Shown here: piece after piece, positions 25,851 to 35,405 of the stretch
How the letters are laid out: each line of letters begins with the position of its first letter
Position numbering within the stretch: position 1 is the first letter of the stretch
IMG/VR virus record: IMGVR_UViG_3300011405_000014
Coordinates: 1 to 38,867 of that record
DNA: 38,867 nucleotides
Source: a virus
Lineage: Duplodnaviria; Caudoviricetes
Direction: 5' to 3' (one strand)
The notes under the pieces: model-generated
Database searches by the model: none
Told to the model about the DNA's origin: nothing
What the model saw: only the letters and a program-made list of their open reading frames with translations
Translations under genes and position numbers: made by a program

Positions 25851-26280
25851 GTATGCTTTCGGAATGCGCTCAACGGTCGTTGGCACTGCAGCGCGCGCTC
25901 AAATGTCCTTGTTCGGGATTGCTAACATCGGTGGACGGCTTCGCGAGTGTGGTGTCTCGAACACCACAACGACTGCGTTCGCCATCGGTCTTGGACGCTT
26001 TACAGCCGCAACCAACGTTGGCGCAGGTCAGAGCGAGGCCGAGTACGACGAAAACGCCCCAGCCCCGAGCATGACCGTATTCGCTGGGCATTCTGGTGAC
26101 GGCACTCTCGGCCAAGTTCTGCGCCAATGGTCGATTGGCGCCGCGATTGGCTCGGGGGTGATTTGGACGTTCGGAGAAACCGGGGTAATCATTCAGCCTG
26201 GCACTGCAAACGGCATCGGCCCGCATGTGCCTACGGGAACGGGTCAGATCGGAGACGACTACATCGATTGGGACGAGTGA
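25843..26280 (+). CDS. Gly/Thr-rich structural accessory protein
   Basis: GGGAG RBS; beta-sandwich-like composition. Confidence 0.7.
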   Translation: MPRYAFGMRSTVVGTAARAQMSLFGIANIGGRLRECGVSNTTTTAFAIGLGRFTAATNVGAGQSEAEYDENAPAPSMTVFAGHSGDGTLGQVLRQWSIGAAIGSGVIWTFGETGVIIQPGTANGIGPHVPTGTGQIGDDYIDWDE

Positions 26281-26283
26281 TCT

Positions 26284-26955
26284 GTGGCTGTAGCGATCAC
26301 ACAGACCGCGAATCCTGCCGGCGTTGCGACGTCGAGCAGTGTCGCGACGTATAGCGGCGTATCGACCGGCACTGCAAGCGCTGATCGTGTGATCGTTGTT
26401 GCTATGGGAAAAGAGGTTGCCGGCGTTGTAATTCAATCGGCAACCATCGATGGTAATGCCATGACGTTTCATACCGGATCAAGTACGTTCGGGAGCGTAT
26501 CGGCAGCCGTTTGTTGGCGCGCCTGGCCGACCGGAACGACCGCAGATATTGCGGTCACGTTCAATGGGGCGGCGGCCGACACGGAAAACCATATTGCGGT
26601 CTACGCAATCACTGGCGCCAAGTTTCCGCCGAAATCATCCGGTGGCAATACCTCCACGGACATGGACGCGTCTACGCCACTCACGACCGGCAGCATCACG
26701 ATCCCAACGAATGGTGGATTTATAGCCTGTGCTGTTGGCGCTACGGACACGGTTGCGAAAACGTGGGCGAATGCGACCGTGGATATCGAAGCCGATGCCG
26801 GCGTGTTCCGTTTTACCACGGCGAAATCGACTACGGGCGGCACCGTAACCGTGACCTGCACAGGCGGCACGAACAACGAAGATGGCGGGATGGCGTGGTT
26901 CATCCTCGAGCCGGAAGAAATACCGCCGCTCGTCATGGCGCCATCTAGAGCGTGA
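26284..26955 (+). CDS. Thr/Ala/Ser-rich structural accessory protein
   Basis: ORF track; ADRVIVVA...GTTADIAVTF pattern of phage surface beta-sandwich proteins. Confidence 0.75.
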   Translation: MAVAITQTANPAGVATSSSVATYSGVSTGTASADRVIVVAMGKEVAGVVIQSATIDGNAMTFHTGSSTFGSVSAAVCWRAWPTGTTADIAVTFNGAAADTENHIAVYAITGAKFPPKSSGGNTSTDMDASTPLTTGSITIPTNGGFIACAVGATDTVAKTWANATVDIEADAGVFRFTTAKSTTGGTVTVTCTGGTNNEDGGMAWFILEPEEIPPLVMAPSRA

Positions 26956-28049
26956 GCACGAATAGATATCCAGTTCCACGTCCGCTCCGCTCGGAGCAGC
27001 GCCGTCTCGTCCCGCGTGTAGTTGGTGGACTGACGCCTTCTGCCGGTGATGCGCTCGCCGGCACCGCAACGCTCACGTTCACGCCAACCGCGACATTGGT
27101 TGGCGATGGGGCGTTAGCAGGATCTGCGACCCTATCGTTCACCCCTGCCGGTGTGATGACCGGCGATGCGCCGATCGCTGCCACGACGACGCTCTCTTTC
27201 GCCCCAGCCGCTACGATGCTCGCGACGGCGGCATTGGCGGGCAGTTCGACGGTCACATTCACGCCAACCGGCACGATGGTTGGCGATGGGGCGTTGCTTG
27301 GCTCCAGCACGCTCAGTTTCTCGCCCATCGCTACGATGGTTGGCGACGGTGTTCTGGCGGGCTCAGGCACCCTCAGCTTTGTCCTTTCCGGCACGTTGCC
27401 TGGTGAAGACGCCCTTCTCGGAACCAGTACGCTCAGTTTTACGCCTGCGGCAACCCTGGTAGGCGACGGCGCGCTGCTCGGCAGCAGCACGCTCACCTTT
27501 ACCGGCACGGCTACGCTCGTTGGCGATGGGGCGCTCGCCGGATCGAGCACGGTGACCTTCACGCCCACGGCGACGTTGGTTGCCGATGGTGCTTTGGCCG
27601 GCTCGAGCACTGTCAGTTTCACGCCTGAAGGCACGCTGACGGGTGAGTCTGCGGGGGCAATACTCGGCACGAGTACGTTGACATTTACGCCGTCAGCGAC
27701 GATGCTTGGCGCCGGGGCGCTGGCAGGATCTGTAACAATAGCGTTTTCAGTGGTTGGCGACATGAACCCGCCAACCCCACCGGTTACGGCACCGCCGGGG
27801 GGCGGTCGATGGATCCGGCACTGGGCGCCAGGTTACGAAGAGCCGAAGCGCAAGAAAAAGCGGGAGCTTCCTGAAGATGTCATCCTCGTCAAAAAGGACG
27901 TGGTCATCGAGAAAGTCTGGTATGACTTCGCCGGCATGGTTGGCACCGTGGAAGAGGTCAAGCGGCAGATGGAAGTCGAGGAGCGCCGCCTCAAAGCAAG
28001 ACAAAAGCGCGCTCGCAACAAGGCACTCATTCTGATGATGCTGGGATGA
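26952..28049 (+). CDS. 20-aa tandem-repeat fibre/stalk protein
   Basis: About 12 repeats of LAGSSTLTFTPTATLVGDGA, Pro/Gly linker, basic coiled-coil C-terminus. Confidence 0.85.
   Translation: MSTNRYPVPRPLRSEQRRLVPRVVGGLTPSAGDALAGTATLTFTPTATLVGDGALAGSATLSFTPAGVMTGDAPIAATTTLSFAPAATMLATAALAGSSTVTFTPTGTMVGDGALLGSSTLSFSPIATMVGDGVLAGSGTLSFVLSGTLPGEDALLGTSTLSFTPAATLVGDGALLGSSTLTFTGTATLVGDGALAGSSTVTFTPTATLVADGALAGSSTVSFTPEGTLTGESAGAILGTSTLTFTPSATMLGAGALAGSVTIAFSVVGDMNPPTPPVTAPPGGGRWIRHWAPGYEEPKRKKKRELPEDVILVKKDVVIEKVWYDFAGMVGTVEEVKRQMEVEERRLKARQKRARNKALILMMLG
27054..27764 (+). repeat. coding 60-bp tandem repeat (about 12 degenerate units)
   Basis: Units align line-to-line in the 60-nt listing, e.g. 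recurring tggttggcgatggggcg. Confidence 0.9.
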
Positions 28050-28270
28050 ACAAAGACATTCTCATCAAGCTGCGCGAGAGCGTGGAATTTCTCGACATCA
28101 TGAAGAATGTCAGGGAATTCCGGCCGGTGATTCCGCAGTGGCACCCGTGCACGAGCGTGGATGCGGCGCAAGAGCTCGCGGATTCGATCAAACTGGCAAC
28201 CGGAGAGCAGCGCGGGTTCGACCTCGTCGTTGCAATCCTCACAGGCAAGAAGGAGTTTAGCGATGGCTGA
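28046..28270 (+). CDS. small conserved-position protein before scaffold
   Basis: ATGA overlap; 74 aa. Confidence 0.7.
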   Translation: MNKDILIKLRESVEFLDIMKNVREFRPVIPQWHPCTSVDAAQELADSIKLATGEQRGFDLVVAILTGKKEFSDG

Positions 28271-28961
28271 AGAGCAGACGAACGCAGGATCGGAAGACAC
28301 AGCAGCATCGAACGACGCGCCCCAAAGCCTTGACGATGTCTACAAGGAATACGGGATCGAAGATCAGGCGGCGCAGTTTCAGCAGGCACGGCAACAACCC
28401 CAGCAGCAGGTTCAGCAGTCGCAACCGGCACCACAGCAAGCGCCGATCGCGATCCCTGATCCGACACTGGATCCAGAAGGCTACAGGCGCTATGAATCGC
28501 AGCGCTTGTCGGATGCACAGGCACTCAGGCAGTCCCTTACTCATGTCTCGCAACAGCTCTCCCAGATGCAGGTTTCGGCGTTGCGCGAACGAGAAGAGGC
28601 GGATATCAAGGCGGCTCGTAGTGTTCTTGCGGAAAAGGTTCCGGGCGTTGATCCCGAGGTGCTCGAAGCCCATTTGGGCCTGAAGGCGCAAAAAGATCAG
28701 CGGCTCATGCAAATCTGGCAGCAGCGTGCTCAAAAGCCGGAAGCATGGCAGAAGGCATTGAATGCCGTTGGTAATGAACTTGCCAGCAAGTATTCAGTCA
28801 AGACTGACCCGCAACTGACCGAGAACACGAGAGCCATGCGTGCAGCCACTCAGGCTGCGTCCACCTCTCGCGCAAACGACACCGGGGAAAAGAAATTCTC
28901 GGACGATCCACGGCAGTTTGAAAAGGAATGGAGCCAGTACTTGAGCTCCAATACCTACTGA
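28263..28961 (+). CDS. capsid scaffolding protein
   Basis: AAGGAG RBS; acidic N-terminus, Gln-rich, PDPTLDPEGY, coiled coil; immediately before capsid. Confidence 0.8.
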   Translation: MAEEQTNAGSEDTAASNDAPQSLDDVYKEYGIEDQAAQFQQARQQPQQQVQQSQPAPQQAPIAIPDPTLDPEGYRRYESQRLSDAQALRQSLTHVSQQLSQMQVSALREREEADIKAARSVLAEKVPGVDPEVLEAHLGLKAQKDQRLMQIWQQRAQKPEAWQKALNAVGNELASKYSVKTDPQLTENTRAMRAATQAASTSRANDTGEKKFSDDPRQFEKEWSQYLSSNTY

Positions 28962-29002
28962 CATGGGTTAGCGCGCGGAGGACTCTCTCGTGAGGTTCTA
29001 CC

Positions 29003-30085
29003 GTGGCTATTCTTGCATCAAGCACTGCATCCAACGTCGCGTTGGGTGTGAACTACCAGTTGATGAAGGGGCTGTTAACAGCTGCACGTAAGAAGCTGCC
29101 CTTCTTCAACGGCACACTGCCTGGGCAACTGTCCAAGCAGGGGAGCACCGCCAGCGTCAAGTGGGAAAGGTTGAACAACCTCGACCCGACCACGACCGCG
29201 TTGTCGGAAATCACCGGCACCACCACTGCGTTCTTTGGCCGCTCGACGGTTCTACCGACCATCAGCACGGTCACGGCCGCTATGGCTAAGTACGGCCAGG
29301 CGGTCCTGTTGACCGAGGAAATCGACGTGTATCAAATGAACCTCAGAGCAGCGCGGTTCATGGATATGCTCGGCGCCAACGCAGGGGAATCGCTCAACAA
29401 ATTGATGGAAGCGATCTTTGCGACCGCAACCCAGATCCGCTACTCGATCGGCGCAGCCGGTGGTGGTGCCGCGGAAACGGATGTGCTCGCAGCGATCTCG
29501 CTGAACGACATCAAGTGGTCGGTGAACCTGTTGAACCGGCAATCGGCAATGATGTACACGCCTGTGGGCTACGGCTCGCAGAACGTGGGATCGTCGCCCA
29601 TTCGTCCGGCGTACTACGGCATCGCGCACCCGGACGTGGAAGAGGATATCCGCAGCCTGAGTGGCTTTGTCGACGTCATGCAGTACGGGGGCTACACCGA
29701 AACCATGCCGTTCGAGTTTGGCACGGTGGCTGGTGTGCGCTTCTGCTCCTCAGAAGTCGTGCCGATCAGCACGAGTGCCGGTACGGACTCGAGCAACGGT
29801 CTGCGCGGTGCGTCTGCGGTGCTGCACGATGTGTACTCGACGTACATCTACGGCAAGGAAGCGGTTGGTAGCGTGGGCCTTGGCAACATGCACGCGACCG
29901 ACTCTTACTCCATGTACAACCCGGTAACGCCGCCGGCCGTGGAGATCATCAACAAGCCGCTCGGTACGGTGGGAACGGACCTGTTCAACGAAGTGCAGTC
30001 GCTCGCCTGGAAGGCATGGTTTGCGGGTGCGGTTCTGAACAGCGCCTGGATCACCAAGATCCGAAGTGGTGCCACTGCGTTCTAG
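29003..30085 (+). CDS. major capsid protein, N4-gp56 family-like
   Basis: VKWER...LSE, KYG, LGANAGESL, YYGIAHPD, GFVDVMQYG, EFGTVAGVRF, WKAW. Confidence 0.9.
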   Translation: MAILASSTASNVALGVNYQLMKGLLTAARKKLPFFNGTLPGQLSKQGSTASVKWERLNNLDPTTTALSEITGTTTAFFGRSTVLPTISTVTAAMAKYGQAVLLTEEIDVYQMNLRAARFMDMLGANAGESLNKLMEAIFATATQIRYSIGAAGGGAAETDVLAAISLNDIKWSVNLLNRQSAMMYTPVGYGSQNVGSSPIRPAYYGIAHPDVEEDIRSLSGFVDVMQYGGYTETMPFEFGTVAGVRFCSSEVVPISTSAGTDSSNGLRGASAVLHDVYSTYIYGKEAVGSVGLGNMHATDSYSMYNPVTPPAVEIINKPLGTVGTDLFNEVQSLAWKAWFAGAVLNSAWITKIRSGATAF

Positions 30086-30105
30086 TAACGCATAAAGGAC
30101 AGGGA

Positions 30106-30321
30106 ATGGCTGCTGTAAAGAGAGAAACACGCGTTGTGCGAGTCGACTCGGCGAAAAACACGGTAAACATCATCGTCCACGCCGGAGGTGAACATCCGAT
30201 CTCGTTCTCGTTCAACGCGCCCACTTTGAGCGGCACCATTCCCGTGTCCCGACTGAATGCAACGTACCTGCGCGAGAAGCTCGCGCCACTGCTGCAGCAA
30301 GTATTGGGACGTGTCACATGA
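30106..30321 (+). CDS. hypothetical protein
   Basis: MAAVKRETRVV... with AAGGA RBS; ATGA overlap with adaptor. Confidence 0.65.
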   Translation: MAAVKRETRVVRVDSAKNTVNIIVHAGGEHPISFSFNAPTLSGTIPVSRLNATYLREKLAPLLQQVLGRVT

Positions 30322-31022
30322 CATTCCTCGAATGCGTCAATCGCATCCTGCGGGAGAACAATCACATCCGCGGTGATACCGATCCGATCGCCTCGTTCGA
30401 TGAGACGCAGCACAACGCGGTAACGAACTTAGCGATCCTTGCCGTGCAGGGCGAGCTCACCGATCTGGTGAGTGATCGTCTCATTCCGTATGAGCGCACG
30501 AGCGGCACGATCACGCTGACGACGAACCTGCGCTACTACGATCTGGCGAGCAACTTCATCCGCTTTTACAGCAAGCCGCTCTTCTACAACTCGACGGTCA
30601 ACCGGCAGATCTACGAGTACCCGGGCGGGCTCGAGCGGCTGCGTGTCGAGATCTACAACTACGACAGTCAGTACGGGCAGCCCAACTGGTGGTACTGGGA
30701 GCCTACGACGACCAAGCGTGTCGGGTTCTTTCAGGTGCCCGATGGCAGTTCTAACGGACAGTTGTGGACATACGAGTATGAGAAGTCCGTTGCGGTGAGC
30801 AATGTCGCGGACACCATCCCGTTTCACAACTTCGAGGAAGCGATCACGTTCACCTCGATGTGCTCGCGCCGGCACAAGTTCATGGTGTCAGACACCGACA
30901 ACAAGGCCGACATCCAGGCCATTCTGGATGGCGACGTGAGTTACACCCGTGCCAAGGCTCGCTTGATGAATCTCATCAAGGGGCAGAATCCTAAACGCAA
31001 GTACACCCACGTTTACGTATGA
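30318..31022 (+). CDS. head-tail adaptor (tail tubular protein A-like)
   Basis: MTFLECVNRILRE N-terminus; position after capsid. Confidence 0.75.
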   Translation: MTFLECVNRILRENNHIRGDTDPIASFDETQHNAVTNLAILAVQGELTDLVSDRLIPYERTSGTITLTTNLRYYDLASNFIRFYSKPLFYNSTVNRQIYEYPGGLERLRVEIYNYDSQYGQPNWWYWEPTTTKRVGFFQVPDGSSNGQLWTYEYEKSVAVSNVADTIPFHNFEEAITFTSMCSRRHKFMVSDTDNKADIQAILDGDVSYTRAKARLMNLIKGQNPKRKYTHVYV

Positions 31023-32608
31023 AGCTCACATTCGGCGCAGGGCTCAATGAAAACCAGTACGCCTCGCATCACGAGGCGTTCGTTGGCTCTCAGAATTTCG
31101 AGTTGCGTAAGGATGCCTCGCATCTGAGTCCACGCAAGGCGTTCGACCTGAAGGCGACCGCGCCTAATGGCGGCGCGATTCGCGGCATCATGCAGCTTGT
31201 TGCTCGGGATGGCAGCCAATTCACCGTGATCCAAGCCGCTAACACGCTCTATTACTGGGATGGGGCGTCGACGTTCACCGATTTCAGCCTTACGGTCGAC
31301 GCAGGATCAAGGCTGCGCGGTACGTTCTGGGAACTCGACGACATGATGGTCATATCCGATCTTGACCGGCTCACTCCGATGCTCAAGATCACCTATGACG
31401 GCACCAATTTCCATCTCGCGGAGTTGCAGACCGGTTTGGTGTATTCACTCTACGCGAAGTATGCCATCGTCCACGACGGGCGCTTGTGGCTCTTCAACAT
31501 CCGCACCGCAGAGCCGACCGATTTGCCGCATATGATTCTCGTCAGCGAATTCGAGGATGCGGAGAGTTACGACACGACCAAGCGGGTGCTCGATCAGAGT
31601 TTCACCAGCGGTGAAGAGGCGTTCTACATGCTCTCGCCGGATTTGCGATCGATCAACGGGGCGAAGCTTATTCGTGGCGATCTCATCATTTCCACCACGG
31701 AAGGCAATATCTACAAGTTGACCGGATCTGACTCTACGACGTATGCCTTCGAAGCGTTCTATGCCGGCTCCGCCGCGATAGGCGACGAGTCGATGGTCGA
31801 TACCGGCAACGACATCATGTACATGAAAAAGGGCGGCTCTATCGAGTCGCTCCGAGCAACCGCAGAATACGGCGACACGGCGGTAGACGATCTGTCGCGA
31901 TGGATACCGGATACGGTTCAGAACCTGACGAGTGCGCTTGGCGTTTATGACCAGCAGAATCAGAAGGTGCTGTTTTTCTGTTTGGGCAAGGTGCTCGTGC
32001 TCTTCAAGGACATCCTGATCGGTGGAGCCGTGGTTACCGAGCAAGGCGAGAAGGCGAAACTCTCGCCGTGGTCGGTGTACGTCACGGCCGATCCTGGAGA
32101 CTTCAATACACAGGCTGCGCTTTACATGCGCGAGCCAGGAACGGACATATTCAACGTGTTTTGGGGCGGGTCTGACGGGCGCATCTTCGTCATCAATGGG
32201 ACGGGCGAAGGGGATGCCGGATCGGCATCTATTCGCATGGTGCGAACGACGCGCTTCATCAGCAAGCAGGACGCAAAGATCAACTTTACGAGCCATGTGA
32301 CGCAAGGGTTGATCCAGTATCGGCGGATGTCAGCGCTCGACTTCAGTATCACGCTCGATTGGGGTGACGAGTTCAACCAGAGCACGGCTACGATTCCACT
32401 TAAAGGCGCCCCAGCCGATAGCCCGGGTGTGTTCTATGGCGGAAGCGTCTACTACGGTGCTGACAATTACTACAACCAGGGCTTTTCGTACGCGAACAAG
32501 ATCACGCATCAAAACTGCAGCTGGGTTGGGAAGGGATCGGGATGCTCGGTAATAATGACGACGCTAGACACACAGCAGTATCAGGTCGACAACATCGAAC
32601 TGTTGTAG
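31019..32608 (+). CDS. tail nozzle / DNA stabilisation protein (P22 gp10 / tubular B-like)
   Basis: FGAGLN start, beta-propeller-like composition, 529 aa after adaptor. Confidence 0.75.
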   Translation: MKLTFGAGLNENQYASHHEAFVGSQNFELRKDASHLSPRKAFDLKATAPNGGAIRGIMQLVARDGSQFTVIQAANTLYYWDGASTFTDFSLTVDAGSRLRGTFWELDDMMVISDLDRLTPMLKITYDGTNFHLAELQTGLVYSLYAKYAIVHDGRLWLFNIRTAEPTDLPHMILVSEFEDAESYDTTKRVLDQSFTSGEEAFYMLSPDLRSINGAKLIRGDLIISTTEGNIYKLTGSDSTTYAFEAFYAGSAAIGDESMVDTGNDIMYMKKGGSIESLRATAEYGDTAVDDLSRWIPDTVQNLTSALGVYDQQNQKVLFFCLGKVLVLFKDILIGGAVVTEQGEKAKLSPWSVYVTADPGDFNTQAALYMREPGTDIFNVFWGGSDGRIFVINGTGEGDAGSASIRMVRTTRFISKQDAKINFTSHVTQGLIQYRRMSALDFSITLDWGDEFNQSTATIPLKGAPADSPGVFYGGSVYYGADNYYNQGFSYANKITHQNCSWVGKGSGCSVIMTTLDTQQYQVDNIELL

Positions 32609-33138
32609 CGCCTCGAGTACTGCGTGAGCGGCTCTTCAAGCGCTCGCGTCCTGTCGTGCGGCCGATTACGGAGGATGACTTTGGTGTCCTCTGGGCGGCC
32701 TACCTGCGCGGCTCGTTCAAGCTCCCAAAGCTGACCGAGGCGCAGTTCACCGAGTGGATCTACACCGCATCCCAGCGCATGCGCTTGGTCGGCATCGAGG
32801 ATGCACACCGCGGGTTCAAGGCTGGTCGCGGTCTTGTCGCACTCGTGTCAGTGACGAGCAATGACGGCTGGCTCGCGCAGCCGGTGGTTGACTTCTTCAA
32901 GTGGGCAACGCCCAAGCATGTGCTGCGCGCCTACGTTGCGTTTTTTCAGTACTTCCGCAACATCCGCGCTCCGGGCGTGTGCATGGTGCTCGCCCACGTA
33001 CAGCACAAGCGCCTGCTCGATCGCATGACCGAGTATGGCGTGCTCTACTTTCGCGGCAAGATCCCGTTCGGCTCGCCTGAAGGGCACATGGCGATCTATT
33101 CCATAGACGCGAAGGGCACCAAGCACGCCAATGGCTGA
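32542..33138 (+). CDS. hypothetical protein, possibly GNAT-fold
   Basis: VRPITEDDF start of domain; position after nozzle; start codon uncertain. Confidence 0.55.
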   Translation: MLGNNDDARHTAVSGRQHRTVVAPRVLRERLFKRSRPVVRPITEDDFGVLWAAYLRGSFKLPKLTEAQFTEWIYTASQRMRLVGIEDAHRGFKAGRGLVALVSVTSNDGWLAQPVVDFFKWATPKHVLRAYVAFFQYFRNIRAPGVCMVLAHVQHKRLLDRMTEYGVLYFRGKIPFGSPEGHMAIYSIDAKGTKHANG

Positions 33139-35395
33139 AGAGTCATTCCACCCACGAACGCTGTGGGATCTGTTCGATGTAGCAGGCGCTGATGACATCA
33201 CCGCCTCTACCGATCACGATCACAAGGCGTACCGGGATCGTCAGCAGGTCAGGTGGAAGCGCTCGTCATTCAGGGACTACCAGCTTGGCATGGTGGTGAC
33301 GTGGGATGCGGTCGATGACAATACCGGCGCATGCACACTCAACATCAACGGTCGTGGTGTCAAGGATCTGGTCGATAACACGGGTGCGGCGTTAACAGCC
33401 GGTGCATTGGTTAGCGGCGCTACGTACATGGCGACCTACAACGGCACCGAGTTTAGATTGATTGGTGGTGCGGCCGGTGGTGGGGGCGGTGGCGGCGTGA
33501 GTTGCACGCCATACTGGTCACGCTCTACAGGCGATGGCACTGATCGCGCCGGATCAGGCAACCTGACGACATCGCGCGAGGAAGAAGGCGTCTACCTCGT
33601 CACGTCAGATGACGCCTTCGATGAAGTGGGGGGGTATTACCAGTATGGCGTGCTGGTCACGATCTCCACCAAGGCCGGCGATGGCGCAGATGGCATGTCG
33701 CCATTCCTTGGCAAAGATACCGATGATGTTGTCTTAACCGGGAACTCGAACACAGAGGACTTCTACTACGCCAATGGGAAACTGTGGGTGCTCTGTCCTG
33801 CAGACCACAAGGTGTACGTGCATGATCTCTCATCGTTCACGAGCGCTGCCAGCACGATCACGCCAGGTTCAAACATCAGAACCGCCGGTCAATCCGGTTG
33901 CATGTCGACCGATGGCTCGTATATCTGGTTATCTGGTGACAGCGCGTATCCGGTCAGGGCAATCAATACCTCGACCAATGCGGTCACTACGTTTTCAACG
34001 CCAGGAAACCTGGACGCGATCTGTCTTGCCTCTGACGGTACGCACCTTTACACCTACGAAGGTTCGGTCAAGAAGTACACGCCGAATCACGGCACCAACA
34101 ATCTCGGTAGTGTTGTTGCGTCATGGGCGCCGCCTGCACTGAACGATGTCATCAACAACGGCGCGTTCGATCACGACGGCAATTTATGGGTGTGGGATAA
34201 CTCGACCGCATATCTGATCGAGACGGGTGTCACGAGCGTTTACTCGGTACATGCATGGCCGCCTATATCTGCGGCCTCAGATCCAACCGCGCGCATCATG
34301 CCGGATCTGCAGAATCGATGCCTGTATGTGTCGATCAAGGACAGCATCAACGCGGATGGATATCTGTACAAATACTCGGGCTGGAACAAGAGCATTGATG
34401 ATTCTGGCACATGGATACAGCTGCAACGTAACGCCGATGACGGTGAGTTTACCGGGGCATGGTTCGACCCAGAGTCAGGCGTGCTCTTTACGAAAGACGA
34501 GATTGCAACGCAGACCGCGCAGCGTATGTTGCCGCGAGTCAATCAATCGCTCGATTCGGTTTACATCGATGACACGGCAAGTCCGGTGTCCGAGCAAATT
34601 GACTACGACCTCACCGGCAGCAGGCACTCGTTCTACCTCGACAACTACGGCTATGTGCTCGGCGCCAAGGGTGGCAATACCTACATTATTCGCATCTCTT
34701 ATAACGGCACACCGATCGGGTCGACGGGCGGTGGTGCGTTCATCACCCAGGCGCTCTCATGGGGCTACGAGATCATCTCGGCAACGGAAGCGTACGTCTA
34801 CATCTTCACGAGTGAGTCGCCCATTCGCTTCGTGGATGCTGAGTTTACTGTTGAGTTTGTCCACTGCACGTCAAGCGAGGGCGGTGGTGGCGGTGGCATC
34901 ACAATGGCGACCAATAGACTGCTCGGGCGCACAACGGCAGGTGACGGTGATCCTGAAGAGATCACGGTTACCGCTAACAATGGGCTGCTGCTTGCGAGTC
35001 TCGCGCTGTCGGTAGACCGCGCATTGCAGTCTGACATGGAAACGCCCACGAGCGGCAACAAGATCGTGGCGAGTACGGCCATGCTCTATCACCCGGGTGT
35101 GGCCAAGGCGTGGTGTGCCTTCGATGCCACGGGTAGTTTGCTCGGTCCGTTCTACAACATCGGCTCGATCACCGATAACGGCACGGGCGATTGGTCGGTG
35201 AATATCTCCGGGTCATTCCCGTTGAGCTCGGCTAATGGCACGGTACTGGTTACGGCAGTCAACGCAACGCCGGTCGTGTGCCACTGTGTCGCTCGAACAT
35301 CTGCGAGCGCTTATCAGATCAAGTGCTGGGACTTGGCCGGTAATCCGGCAGACCCGACAAGCATCAATTTTGCAATCCTTGGCGATTGCAGTTAG
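33131..35395 (+). CDS. tail fibre / receptor-binding protein
   Basis: NTGACTLNINGRG...YNGTEF N-terminal module, poly-Gly linkers, propeller-like centre, C-terminal AKAWCAFD...NIGSITDNGTGD domain. Confidence 0.85.
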   Translation: MAEESFHPRTLWDLFDVAGADDITASTDHDHKAYRDRQQVRWKRSSFRDYQLGMVVTWDAVDDNTGACTLNINGRGVKDLVDNTGAALTAGALVSGATYMATYNGTEFRLIGGAAGGGGGGGVSCTPYWSRSTGDGTDRAGSGNLTTSREEEGVYLVTSDDAFDEVGGYYQYGVLVTISTKAGDGADGMSPFLGKDTDDVVLTGNSNTEDFYYANGKLWVLCPADHKVYVHDLSSFTSAASTITPGSNIRTAGQSGCMSTDGSYIWLSGDSAYPVRAINTSTNAVTTFSTPGNLDAICLASDGTHLYTYEGSVKKYTPNHGTNNLGSVVASWAPPALNDVINNGAFDHDGNLWVWDNSTAYLIETGVTSVYSVHAWPPISAASDPTARIMPDLQNRCLYVSIKDSINADGYLYKYSGWNKSIDDSGTWIQLQRNADDGEFTGAWFDPESGVLFTKDEIATQTAQRMLPRVNQSLDSVYIDDTASPVSEQIDYDLTGSRHSFYLDNYGYVLGAKGGNTYIIRISYNGTPIGSTGGGAFITQALSWGYEIISATEAYVYIFTSESPIRFVDAEFTVEFVHCTSSEGGGGGGITMATNRLLGRTTAGDGDPEEITVTANNGLLLASLALSVDRALQSDMETPTSGNKIVASTAMLYHPGVAKAWCAFDATGSLLGPFYNIGSITDNGTGDWSVNISGSFPLSSANGTVLVTAVNATPVVCHCVARTSASAYQIKCWDLAGNPADPTSINFAILGDCS

Positions 35396-35405
35396 GAGTA
35401 TCGAC

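Noticed and set aside
26945-27763. Repetitive minus-strand ORF and possible CRISPR-like periodicity
   Set aside because: Mirror of the coding 60-bp repeat; units vary at synonymous positions and there are no constant repeats with unique spacers
30016-30321. T7-style -1 frameshift extension of the capsid protein
   Set aside because: The -1 frame is open but no X XXY YYZ slippery site was seen, capsid ends TAG TAA, and the next gene has its own RBS at 30106
31445-32305. 286-aa minus-strand ORF
   Set aside because: Antisense shadow of the nozzle gene
33131-35395. Diversity-generating retroelement target
   Set aside because: No reverse transcriptase and no template/variable repeat pair seen in the window
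12239-35405. Upstream starts in the ORF track (12239, 14616, 14978, 15871, 25455, 28161, 30016, 35235)
   Set aside because: Extensions overlap upstream genes; downstream starts with RBS or stop-start coupling were preferred
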